From assembly GCA_000708835.1 (NCBI GenBank), contig DF236980.1, positions 1-64,000 of the forward strand: a stretch of 64,000 bases of DNA, read 5' to 3'. Source of the DNA: Klebsormidium nitens. Lineage: Eukaryota; Plantae; Klebsormidiophyceae. Shown piece by piece: positions 12,388 through 25,400 of this stretch; the stretch's first letter is position 1, and every line of letters starts with the position of its first letter. The position numbers were made by a program, and so were the translations under genes. Below the pieces are notes generated by a model that saw nothing but the letters and a program-made list of their open reading frames with translations, searched no databases and was not told the origin of the DNA.

Positions 12388-15300
12388 CTAAAGCACGCTC
12401 GCTGCAGGCTGCGCCGACGTCGACATGCTTTTTGTGAAGGCTGTGAGCGAGGGAAAAGCGCGAGTCGCACGAATGGACCCAACGCCGGTCGTGCTCTTCG
12501 AGTGGATCTCCCCCATCGGCCATCGCGGCCGCAGTTGGACCTGCAAACGGCGTGGCATGAAATGATTCATGCAATGTGCTAGTACTGGATGGATTGCAAG
12601 CGTTATGTGCACCAATTTTGGGCTTACAAATCTTGAAAAGATCAACGTACTCCAGGTAACACGGACTATCTTCGATTACCATTGGTTCAGCTGAAGGCTG
12701 ATGCACGGCAGACACGGAAACGGGCACGAAGCCGACACGCAACTCCCTGCGAACAATCTGCGCGTTTCATCACGTTCCTGCTCGCCGAACGCCGCAGTGG
12801 AAAGGCCATAAGCTTTTCCTTCTCAGTTCAGAGACTCCGCCAACAAGTCGACAGCGCCCCAAAGAGCAAACATAATCAGTTCCCAATATCCCGTCCTTCA
12901 AAAAGCTAGAAAGCCATCTAGTTTCCGAGCCTATGTTCGCAAACAAACTTCTCTCAAGGCGTCAGCGCAGATGAATTGTCTGGCAGACTGACCATGGTCG
13001 TCGCCAGCAAACGAAGACTATTTTTTATTTTTTTCTTAACACCAATGAAAGGCAGACCTTTGTAAAACGTGAGACGTCAACAGAAAGAACAACCAATTTG
13101 AGTGCCGTATGAGTAACTCCAGGGGGCGCGACAGCCGTGAAAGAAGGATAGGAACACGTCACGGCCCGCCAGCAACCGAGACGCATCTCAAGGTCTTCGC
13201 TCACGTTTGAATGGTCCGTTTCCTCTAGCGGCGGCGGCGGCTCTTCCAGCCCCAGTCGCAGCCGTTCGACTCCTGCCCATGCCACCATCACCCCTGGGGA
13301 ATCAAACAGCGCAAATCAGCGCAAATATTGAAATACGCGTTTGGGGAAGTAAGCAAGCGTCCCCCCCGGATACTGGAACAATGCAGCGTGCTGGTTCGTG
13401 GATGTGAAACGAGAACAATTAGCTTCTTAGTTATGAGTGTGCTATACTATTTGCGTATTACGGAGACAAAGAGCAAAAATTGTGAAGGTGGCAATGCAGT
13501 CTGACTTGTGCGGGGAGCAAAAAGTCGCCAGTGTCCAGAAGGCAAAACCAGCACGCCAGTGACTTACAGAAAGAGCACCCTCTACTCAACGTCAAAACTG
13601 GTTTTGAGAACTTTGGCTCCTTAAACCTTTGCGCTTGAAGGTAACATGATTCAGGCTCTCGTTCTCTACTGGATTCATATCCTCTTTGCATTACGGTGTG
13701 ACAGGTGACTAAGACACCTTACCCGGAAATAGAAATGCAGAACCAAGAGAAGCTAAGCTTACCATTGTCGGTACATAACCGCGGGGGCGGGCAGACTAGC
13801 CGGATCGGCGTGTACTCCTTTCGTTTCATCCCAAGTTTAACCTCTCTTCGAGTCAACTCCAGGGGACCTTCTTGCACAGCGCGCGTCAGGCTTTCGCGGA
13901 CGTACTTGTTGGCAGCCACGCCCCCAGCCATGACCTGTGAATGACTCATCGATTCAGGAAAAGAAAGCTTCCAAGATCTCAGGCTCCTAACTTGACTCTT
14001 CATACCTTTAATCCCCGAAACACCTGCTCCGCACCTGTACCAAGTTCAAACCCCCAGACTAACCCCACCCGTCCCAGGTTGGTGACAACACCATTCTTAC
14101 GCTTACTGTTTCTAAATTGGAGTTTTTTCACCTGTAGGAAGACACGTGAGCTCCGCTGGCTTAAAAGAAAACCGTTCGTGCATAAGATCACGATATCAAT
14201 AAGATTGGCTGGTTTCCTCGCCGAGCGCAAGCAAGTCCTCGGAAATCTGCCAGAAAGATCAAGAAAGGAAAGAAAGAGCAAGGAACGGAGTATCGCACGG
14301 ATGTGAGCTTGAGAAAAGGTATGGAAATCAAGGGCATTCTGGGGACGGTAGAAGGAGGAACAAAAAGGAAGAAACTCTAGAGGAACCCAAGCATCGCGAA
14401 AAACGCTACACAGGCGGTGCACCAATAACTGAAAAAGAAAAAGGAGTTCAAATCTATTGATTTGGAAGGCTGGTGGAAGAGAAGAGGTTGATGAATGATA
14501 CAGAAAAGAATGCTACAAAGGGTTTCAGGTCAAAGTTGACGCCATATCTAAGTATTCAGGACGCTTCGACTAGTAAACGTGCCCGGAACTTATTCAAGCG
14601 AAGGGTTCGTTGACGCGCTGCTCACCAAGCACTTGATGTTTGGTTCCTGTTCGAGCGCCCATCCAATTGCGCGCCGTGTCCGCTCCTCTAGATGCGCTAC
14701 CGCAACGCGCTGTGGATCAAAGTCAAACAGCACGTTCAGCACCTTAGCTTTCGTCGCGATCAGGATCTACTTCTTCTAACTCGCAACCAAGAAAATACAG
14801 GGTAAATCTATTCGGAAATCGACTAAGTCGATTCCGCAAATCGAAGGTTCTCGACTGGATCCCTGGTCAACAAAATGAGGAAACACTTTGACGACATCTT
14901 CGACCCCGCAGAAACTGCGAGGTCTCACGTCATGCAGGAACGCATGAAGAGACTTCGAGAGAAACGCAAGAGAAGAGTTTACCGGAATTCAAAGCCTCAG
15001 AGCTCGGACCTCAGAATGTTACTCATGTGCGAGAACTTGCAGAAGACTTGAGCGATCATTAAAACAGTCTCCGCTCCTCCTCGCTTTTCACAAGTACGAA
15101 TTTCAGATGCTATAAAATGGTCAGTCCTCAAGCGCAGCCCTCACCTGAAAGGACGCCGCAATATCCGCTCGCAGCTGCCGTTCCGTCGCGTCCACGTCAG
15201 CAAGCGGCCGCTGCTCGGCCCCGGGAATCTCCGACTCGATCGCCAATCGGACGTTGGTCTTGAGGCCTGGATACGGGAAATGAAGGCGTGGATGTAGGCT

Positions 15301-18300
15301 GAAGTAATGGTTTTTCCAACGTGTTACTGCGTATGCTTGTGAGCACATTCCTTTTAACGAGCTGCTTACGGCCAGGATATTGTTACAAAAAAGAAGAAGG
15401 CGAAAAAGCAAAGGCTCGAGCAAGCGCTGGTCTTCAGTCTAAAAGCCTGAAAAAAACTGGTTAGTTTAACGAATTTGCGAGCTAGACAACGGTAAATTGT
15501 CCCATGCTTGATTTTGGAAACGTGGGCCACAAAAACGATGCGTTGAGGGGACAATCTTTGCTCGAGTCCAAGCAATTCAATTAATATGAGGAGCAGACAG
15601 AATTTGCAGCCCTGGTTTTCAGACCGACGAAAGCGATGTGGCGGGAAAGCATAAGCAGCGGAGGACGGAAGCCTGCCGCTGCACTATAGTCCCGGCTCTC
15701 TGTGTGCACCCAGAAATGGCACCCCCACAATGGCAGGCCGGCGGAACCGAACACAGCTGTTGAGAGCAAACCAAGAGTGCACGTGGCCCTAAGGCCTTTG
15801 TCGAAAATGCTCTAAGACTGTGCACTACATTGCGAATCCACTAAGAACGAGAAAAACGAGGATGTAATGCAGTGTGTGAACACCCCGCTTTCAGAGTGTT
15901 GCATTACAATTTTGAAGACCGCAACAAGGTATTCACATACTTAGTAAAGGTACAACGTCAGCAATCATCTCAAGCTGAAGCGTTGATGAGAAAAGTCTGA
16001 CCCAAGGAGAAGCAGATTATCGGAGGGTATATTTGGATATAGAACTGGGGGGTGGGTGGCAGGTGTGGTGTGCTATTCAGACACAGTTTTTGCGAAACGA
16101 GTCGCCAAGCGAGGGAAAAGAGCCCCAGCATCGAATGAATGCTTGGCCCAAGGCAAATGCTGCATTCTCACAAAGCGTCCGTGGTACGGTTATTTTACAT
16201 CGTAGCCTGAAAGCTTGGTGGCAACCGACTCGCATGAATAACAGTTCCGCTTTGTTTCTAATCAGCAAGAGAAAGACGTATCATAGTCAAGGAGTCTACT
16301 ACAACAGCAACTTCATACCAATGGCCAACTTCCGTCTACAACGGTTCAGAAAAGGTGTCTCACCCGCATACGAAAAGTCGCAAGTCTTCGACCCCGTTTT
16401 GCTGGCCCGCATGGGAACAGAGAACTTGAAGCGCTGGGGGTCCCCTTCCCTGGCAAGCGCTTCTAGGGCGGGACCCCCCCCTTTGCTCAGATCCAGGCCC
16501 AAAAGGCGCGCCGTCTTATCATACGCCTGCAGGGTCCGATATCCACAACTCAGACTTGACTTTGAACGCGGACTCGGCCCATTCTGATACAAACCACGCA
16601 AAGAGAGCTTCCAAACGCTTCGAAACATTATGGGCGCTCTAGGAGGAGAAACCTGTGATGCTCTTGAAAGGGCGCTATTGTGCAGCTCAGATACAAACTA
16701 GTCAAAACATTAATCATAGGCGGAAATGAGGGCGCGTTTGTGCACACGGTCTAAAACAGGCCACGTGATAGTCAACACGGGAAAACGAGAAGGTATTCAG
16801 AGTACAGGGAGGTAGAGTCCTAACCCCATTGCTTTTGACCAGATAATAACCTGGTATTCAGCCTCCCACTTCAGTGCTTACCAGTGCGCGCCTTTCCCAA
16901 TTTCGACGCACACATATTCCACAATTCCTGGTCTACGTGATCAAACAACCGACTTTCATTGCTTCGAAACACAGCAAACAAGGCCACGAACTCTCGGCTG
17001 ACATGAACTGAGGCGAATTGTCTTACCTCCCCAAGCGCGTCGTCTAAAGTGGTCCCCAGCTGAGTGTAATGCCCGACGCTGTGGGCCAGCAAAAGAAGGT
17101 TGTGCCCCCCCGACACGAGGAGCGTCAGGAACGGAAAGTTGACGCCGTCGTTCGTAAGCCTGCGGAAAGAGCTCCACAGGATTCGAACCAGAGGTGTATC
17201 TCCAAAAGAATGACAAACCAGGATCTGCAAGTCAGGTTCACACAGCATACGCAACTCTGAACTGGACTAGTTCCACGATGTTGAGTTTCGCCAAAGGGGT
17301 CATATTCGTTGTGAAGTTTGGTGTTCCCCTCCCTAGTCCCTAGCCAAAATTTGAGAAGCAGAGCGAGCTATGCAATCGTCAACATGTTAACCAGTCGTCC
17401 AGATCCAATAGCATATATCAGCCAGACCGTTGTTGACGCAAGGCTTCACCTCGACTTGCCCTGGCTCATTGAAAAAGGGTTTCCCAAGTTTCTCACTTAC
17501 GCCTCAAATCCACGATCCTCGTCGATAAGACATGTTCGGCGTTCTCATGCTGCTATGTCATATGCTATACAACGCCCATTTGTCCAGACAAACGAGATTT
17601 TAGAACCCCGAATTGACCCATTCTTTTCAACATTCAACCTCCAGATGTCATACGTGCTTCAGGCTCCTGGTTGGGCTCGCTTATGGAGGACATCAGATAT
17701 CCCCTCACGACATCCCACTGCTTCACGGCGCCTCTTCTTACACCAATCCAGATGAAACATCTAGCTTTTTGAGGAGCTTTTGCGAAATACTTCATTATTG
17801 CACACCAGCTTAACCCACTTCCTAAACCTCACCGTGCGACCAGCGCGTGCGCCTCCATATGGTGTACGCTGATGAGGGGCGTCCGGTGTTGTCTTGCAAG
17901 TTCCCTCGCTTTCATGGCGCCTAATCTGAGACAGAGGCTTAACCCTGGCCCGATGGTCACCGCAATTGCCGAGAGATCACTAGCGGAGACACCCGCATTT
18001 GAAAGGGCCAAGTCGACCACCTGAAGAAAGGAGGAAAATGGTGGTGTGCTTGTTCAACTGCTTGCAAGAGCAATATCTTGAATCAACGACAGGATGTGCT
18101 TCAGAATGTAGAGCGCCCTATGAGAGATATTATAATCTTGTTAGGCAAACAGTTTCTTTCAACACATCAGTAAACAAATGTGGCAGCTACCAGCACGTTC
18201 AGCAGTCCCTCTGCCAAAAAGTCACGAGGGGCGTCCTTTCATGAGAACATGACGAAGCAGACCACCGATGGGATCTTCCTATACATATGTCTCAATTCGC

Positions 18301-18966
18301 AATGCTAAGGATTTTGCAACATTCAGCGGCAACGTCAACGCTCACCCCATCAATCGCCTTCTCGTGTTCTCCCTTCGCCAAGGCCGGCACGACACCGCCC
18401 CACTGCGCGTGTATCGCAGCCGACGATGCGAGTGCCTCGCCCAATACCCGCCCATCAGTGCTTACCACCGCAGCACCCGTTTCATCGCAGCTCGTCTCAA
18501 TGCCGAGAACTAGCCTGGATGCTTTCTCAACCGAACCGTTTTCACTCCCATTCTCTGTGGAAGCTTCCGCTTGAACGGTCGCTGGCTCAGCGCTGTCTGA
18601 TATCTCTTGATTCTCCATGCTTTCTACGTTCTCAGCGAGACAAAAGCTTCTGCTAACTCCTTGAGAAGGTGCTTTGACCACTGACCTGGAGAATGCCAAA
18701 TGGTGGCAGATATCCGCAAAGCTTTGAGGGCTCAAAGACCCGACGGAAGCGCGACTTAAGGGCTCCAAAAGAGCAGACCTGCACGCTCGGCTGACCTGGT
18801 GTGCTGCCCTATGGAGCGCCAGGTGCATAGGAGATTGGGAAGAGTGGCGGCTTATGGTTGCCGCGCCCAACCACTGTTGCTGCAGGCTTAGAAGAGTCTG
18901 TTCCTGCTTGAGAAGAGTGAAGGCACCAGGCTGATGAGTGCGCTGAGCCGTGAGAGATGCCACCAT
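12388..18966 (-). CDS. GCP1: Organellar tRNA N6-adenosine threonylcarbamoyltransferase (TsaD/Qri7/GCP1 family), 9 exons, 574 aa
   Basis: Exons 18966-18346, 18020-17833, 17159-17027, 16526-16364, 15266-15145, 14709-14626, 13934-13763, 13293-13205, 12540-12388 (1725 nt). Motifs [73 protein letters not shown]. Long Ser/Ala/Arg-rich N-terminal extension consistent with a transit peptide. Confidence 0.93.
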
Positions 18967-19400
18967 CGTCTTCTAGGCAACAGTGGCGGTGAAAATGGTG
19001 TCAGCCATGGTGCTTCTGCTCCTGCGAATATGCGAAGTCAGAGAACTGCAACAGACAATGGCTTGTATAAGCTATGCATTCAAATGCATCTCCGATGGTC
19101 GATGAAATTCCGCATTTATGACGACGTCAAATTCCCCTAATTCATTGGCATCAAAGGATTCTTCCCCCACTGGGAGGCCACTGGCACTACCTCTCAAAGC
19201 TCAAAAGGAGATGCTTCAGGCGCCATTGCGCATGCATCCATTCTGCAGTATTCTGTCTGGCTGCTGCGTAAGACGATTCTGCAGCATTGGGCAGCTTTGG
19301 GCAGCTGGGTTTCGAAACTTTCAAAAAACGTTTACGAGCAATGATGCGCTAGCAGCGTGTTTTGGTACACGAGGACGACTACAGTCCCCTAGAACATTCA
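18967..19400. promoter_or_regulatory. Probable bidirectional promoter between GCP1 and TOP3B
   Basis: Only 434 bp separate the two divergent ATGs (18966 minus, 19401 plus). No TSS data. Confidence 0.5.
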
Positions 19401-22400
19401 ATGGCGCCAACAGTCCTGATGGTGAGTTGTCTCTCAATTGCACGTGGTGGTTATCTTTTGGTGTGGCCTCAGCGCTAGTACATCAACTTTTTTAGAATTG
19501 TAATATTCATGCAAACCTTCTGAGGAATGCCAAAAGCGCCAAACAGCAAAAAGTATCGTAAACAATGGTGCACTCTCAATGCTTAAGTAGTCCCGCTAAC
19601 AAACGTTCGCCTCTGTCGAGCAATCATGGACCACTGTAAGATCAACAGTATCAAGTTCCTGGTCACACCTTATGCTGTCCAACATTGTCACACCAGCTTA
19701 AGCACGTCCTTGGTTAAATCAGATCTCAAAGTGGTGGTATGAGTCTGAAATCATCTTACTATGAGATTCCTTCTCTTTCTACATATATAAGTGGCTAAGC
19801 AGCCAAGCATGTCAACGTGGTGATATTATGAACCAGATTGAGGTCTGTTCTTTTTAAATTTCTGTTTCCTACCACATAGGTGGCTGAAAAGCCCAGCATC
19901 TCCAGCTCCATTGCTCAGCTGCTGTCAAATGGGAAGGTGAGCCCCCAAAAATCTCTGCAGATCATTTCCAGTACCACCAGCTTGTGCTTCCCTTCCGCCA
20001 TCATGCCAGCCCCTCTCTTTTGGGGGGAACAAGTAGATGAAGCCTCAAACTTCGCCCCTTAAAATCTCCACCCACAACTGTGTTAGGCTTTGCGACAACC
20101 TGTCAATCAACTGGTATTATGCTGTTAACATGCGAAACACTGTTTCACCATCATGTATTTCCAGAAAGACTGTGGCCTCAGTGAGTCATGAAAGGGCACC
20201 CTGGTGGACTTTCCTTCTTCAGACGAGTGGCACAGATGCAATCACAGAAAAGTGATAGTTTGAAAGGTTCTAAAGGACCACTTAATGAAATTCACAGATT
20301 GTTCCTCGGATTCTCAGTTCGACGACACGATTATGACGTTCATGAAGCCCTTTTGATTATAGCACTTGATTGGGGAAGAGAAAGTTCTTCCACTGCCGGT
20401 CCCCCGTAGAGCAGTTTCAAGCTGGGCCTCCCTCATGCTGAAATGATCCATCTTGACTATCTCGAGGTTCAGTTAGGCCGTTAACCAACCTGGATAGTCA
20501 AAGGGCGTCTCATTATGCAGCATGGCTCTTAACCCGGACACAAACCCGGTTAGTTAAGAGCGGTTTCCCTGTGCCGTGCAGGCCATGTCCAGGCGGAGCT
20601 ACTTGGAGGTGCACGAGTTTGGGGGGCAGTTCCAGGGGCGGCCCGCCAACTTCAAGATGACGTCAGTCATTGGTCACGTACTCAGGTGCGCGCGCCGTTG
20701 TTTGGTGGAAGCGTCTGACCAAAGTGGGAAAAAAAGAGAGAAGCACGTGAGGAAAGGGGAGGAAAGGGAAATATTGGTCCTGAGAAGTGGGTTTGAGAAC
20801 GAAAGAGAAAGTAATCAGTCTTCAAGGACAATTAGAAACTAGTCGGATATGACATACAGAGCATAAGGTGAAGCAGCCTAAGGAGAGAACAGAACAAGAG
20901 AAAGATAAGGAGACGTGCAAAAATCCAATCCAGCTGAGACGAACGACGATCTGAGTAGAAGCATTTTTGCAGCTCAATTGAGTCGTATAGTGAGGTCGGG
21001 CCTTGAGCCTAACACTTACTAGAACTCACAAAGAAGCGACGAGTCAAATGAGCATTACGATGGAGGAAAGACAGACTTTTTGAAGTCTCGGAAGTGTTCA
21101 AGGATCTCCTCTCAAAGTCCTGAAAGATCTTAGAACCAGCAACAGAGGACACACATTTAGTTCTGTGACACCGTACTCTGAAACGTATCAGCCTAGCCCA
21201 GCCGGTATCGTACATTTATCCTGATTGCTCCAAACAAAATTTTCTGACAGTCAAAAACACAATTTCGTCTACTCCCTTGCAGCATCGACTTCCCGGCCAA
21301 GTACCAAAACTGGGACACAACCGACCCAGCGGAACTGTTCGACGCGCCCACTGTAAAGAACGAATCGAATCCCAAGGTGATCATCTTGCGCATGCATGGC
21401 AATCGGTGTCTGCACAGAATGGGAATTCTCTGCACAAGGTTGGCAAAATACAAATATGTTTTCGGACAGTTGGTCGCATCGGCTGTCAGTTTGATATGCA
21501 ACGTCGACACGCTCTGGAAACTGTAGGCTGGCCTTTAAAACGTGTGCAGAAGGTGAATTTCGCGCAAATGCTTGCCTGCTCAAAAGACGCCTTGTATTAC
21601 TTTCTAAAGTCAACCCTTATTCCCGCTGACTCTTGTCGTCAATATGTACGTCAACTTTAGTTCGAAAGCCGAACGATCCTATGAGGGGGCCGAAGTGTTC
21701 CTAGTGAATCGTTTTTCAAGCTCGTTTTTAACCCACTTCTAAACCGTCTATTTGCCAGGCCCACGTGTGCAAACACCTCCAACAGGAGGCACGGGGCTGC
21801 GACTACCTTGTTTTGTGGCTTGACTGCGATCGGGAAGGGGAGAACATCTGCTTCGAAGGTATTTTTTTTTGATCCACCTTGTCACCCGAAGGAGGGTTAC
21901 CTTAACCCGCTATAGTATTAGTCGAGGTAACTTTCGAGATGGGTGGCGGATGAAGCCGGGTCAACTTCTATTCTCAAAGTCCTCTTTGAAAAGTTTCTAC
22001 CACTGGGCCTCGCGTTTCCACCCAATTTTCGTCAGCTCAAATTCGAAGGTAGGATTGTCCGGGATATTGCTTCCTTTTTCATTGCAAGAGGCCGACTGGT
22101 ATGCATGGAATCCTCCAAAACGTTCCTCGGCCTTTTGTAGAACCCGGTCCTCGTTTGCCCCCGCAGTCATGGACAATGTGGTCCCATTTCTCCGCAAAGC
22201 GCCCGGGCAGCAGGTCTACCGGGCGCGCTTCTCAGCTATTTCCGCTGGCGATGTGCGCTCGGCGATGGCGTCACTGGGCGTTCCGAACAAGAACGAGGCT
22301 CTCGCTGTCGACGCGAGACAGCAGATCGATCTGAAAGTGGGGGTGGCGTTCACGCGCTTCCAGACACGGTTCTTCCAGGGGAAGTACGGCAACCTGGATT

Positions 22401-25400
22401 CGTCAGTCATCTCGTGAGTGACTGCTCACCTATTCTTTCGGCCTTCTTCTTCCAGTCTGTGATCCGCCTCTGTTCATTTTCTTATTGGGTTCTGTCTTTC
22501 CATCCCCTCTTCCGTTCTGCGTGTCAAATTTTAGAGATGCATGTCAAAGGTTAGAGATGCGCTTCGTTTGGTCGAAGCCTATCTTTGCTTTCCGTCGACA
22601 GTGACTTCTCTCCCCAATTTTGTCCATGGTTTAACACCTCTCTGACCTGCCTAAACATGCTTGTTAGGGTTAAATTCCTCCCTTCCTCTGTCCAAGCGTG
22701 CGAGACGCTCTTCTCCTTTCAAAGGGCAATAATCGCGTTCAATTGAGTCATTCTGTCGCTTTTGCTGTGGTTGTCTTCATTATCTGTCGCCTCACACCTT
22801 CTCTCTTACACCACGTTCGACGAACACCGTCGTTTCGCCCTCATAGTCGGTGTATCCAGTTTAGATACCGCCCTGCCGGACCACAATGCTCGGCTCCCCT
22901 GACGTTCCCTTGACCATTATACCCAGAATGGATTTGCAAAATCTAGCTCTCTCTCCGCCTAACAAGTACAGCCGATTTCCACCTGCACAAACATAGCTTC
23001 CTTCTTTTTGACCCATATCCGGCTCTTCGCCAGACACCATCACTGATCATCAAACTGGGCCTCATTCCATCTCCCTCCCCCCTCAGGTACGGCCCGTGCC
23101 AGACCCCCACGCTGGGCTTCTGCGTCGAGCGCCACCAGCGCATTGCGACCTTCGTTCCCGAGAACTTTTGGTCGGTCCGCCCCACCGTGCAAAAGGGGGG
23201 GCGTCGTATTCCCCTGGAATGGGAGCGGGGCCGCGTGTTCGATAAGGAAATCGCCCAGGTGTTTCAGAGAATAGTCGCGGAGGGGGGTGCGGCGCAAGTG
23301 CTGGAATACGGCGCGAAAGAGGAGAGGAAAGGGCGGCCGGCGGGGCTGAATACGGTGGAGATGCTGAAGGTCGCGAGCAGTGGACTGAACATAGGGCCGC
23401 ATCACGCGATGCAGGTGGGTAAGCTTATGCATTCTTGAATGAACTTTGAGAGATACTGTATCATTGTGCGAGATAATGAACGCGAGATACATTTTAACAT
23501 TGTCAACGTCTACTTGACCTGTCGAAGCAGAAAAGCGCGCCTTTTGCGAACGTTTCTGGTACCTCATAGCAGGTTGCATTGCATCTGCCCGAGTGGTTGA
23601 GCCTTTGATGATCGATCATATCTCCCGTCGAAAGCAAAGCATGATAAGGCATAGTCAATCAAAGTTTGGAGCGGTAGAATTATCGTACGAGTTCCGAGAA
23701 TAACGTGTCGAAGCCGTCGAACGTCCCGCTTTTTAAAATGTTGTAATTGACCAGAGGTCTGTGTCATTAACGAAAGTTTGATCTCACGAGGATAGGTCTC
23801 GACCATGCAGGATTTGCAAAGAGGGTTCCTTTGACGTCCGCTTCTTATTGTCATATCCTCTGCAAATCACGGACTGTGCTGCCACTTTCTGTCCGAGGCA
23901 AAAAAAGAACGGAGGTTTGCTGGCAAGGTCTTCCGAGGATGCGGTGTCGCTGCCCGCGATGCACTCACGAAAGACGTCGACCAGGCGGTCATTTGGACGG
24001 AGACAATTGATACTAGACTGTTCATCAGCGATGTTGCAAACCACTTCGAAACAGGGCGTTTGGATACAACGCTGATACACCTTGAGTCGTAAGGTCACTA
24101 AATCTGTGGAAGCACGTAGGGCAAAAAAAAGAAAAACTTTTGAATATCGGTGGCAGCCTGTTTTACGGTTGTTCCTTTCGTTGTTCCAGGAAACTGGCAG
24201 TATATAAGAAACAGCCTTCTCTTCAACGTGTTATTCACAACAGCTACGCCCCTCACACCCCCCCCCTCAATCGAATAAATCCCCTCTGTTTCGATTTCAC
24301 GAAACCCCGTCTCCGCAGCTGGCCGAGCGCCCCTACAACAATTGGCGTACCCTTAACCACAGTCATACGCTCGCTCTCCAAGATTTTGAAAAGCATCAAA
24401 ACTTCCTGCTTCTTTATTTCTCTTACCCCCCCGGTTCGCAGCTGGCTGAGCGCCTCTACATTTCGGGTTACATCAGTTACCCCCGAACCGAAAGCTCCGC
24501 CTACCCCGCCAGCTTCAACGTGCGGGAAACACTGGCGGAACACCGGTCGCACCCAGTCTGGGGGGATTACGTCACCTCCCTGCTGGCGATTGGCCCGTCG
24601 GCGCCTCGGGGGGGGACCGATGCGGGGGATCATCCGCCGATCACTCCGGTCCGGCAGGTGAGCGGTGGATGACGTCAGATGCCAGGTTACACGCCATGCT
24701 GATGACGTCATTAGATGGTGATGCTTAATGTTAGTGTGCAGTTGGCGTGGGGCGGTTTGATACGCTTGCTCGTTAGGTGGGGAAGGGCGTTCGTGACGTC
24801 ACGAAGGTGTTGCTGACGTCGTGAAGCGCTGACGATAGAGATGAAGTTGCTCGCACTGGGGACATAGACCCAGTTGATCATCGTTTGACCCCACATTACA
24901 AAACGGATCTCCTTGGATACATTTTTTTGGCAGTGGCACTTCCACCGAAATTTTTCGCCTACCAATTGGGACGCCCTCCTAATGCCAGTCGCTTTTCAAT
25001 CCAAATGTCAAATCTCTTGGCCTATCTTGTAGCGAAGTTTGTCCTCGCCTCATGGCATGCTCTTCTGGTTCCCCTTTCGAATTCCTTCTGTGCCAATCGC
25101 TCAGATGAGACTCTTTGCTCTTTCCAGGCAACAGAGTCCGAACTCGACACCGACTCGTGGCGCCTTTACGACTACATCGCCCGCCACTTCATCGGGAGCG
25201 TCTCCCCCGATTGCCGCTTCACCAAGACCCGGGCACTTTTCTCCATCGGAGGAGAGCGCTTCCACTGCTCCGGAAGGGCGACCGTGGCGCCCGGATTTAC
25301 CGCCATCATGCCCTGGCTCGCAGTCCCGGACGAGGGCCTCCCGGTATTTGTGGTCGCCGAAAACGTGCCGGTGAGGAGGCTTGGGTCGTCTTTTGGGGTC

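Noticed and set aside
15400-15640. Faint copies of the GCP1 exon 5 start (G/RLKT...) in the upstream intron
   Set aside because: Similarity is too weak to separate from chance without alignment statistics, though it would fit the junction-echo pattern.
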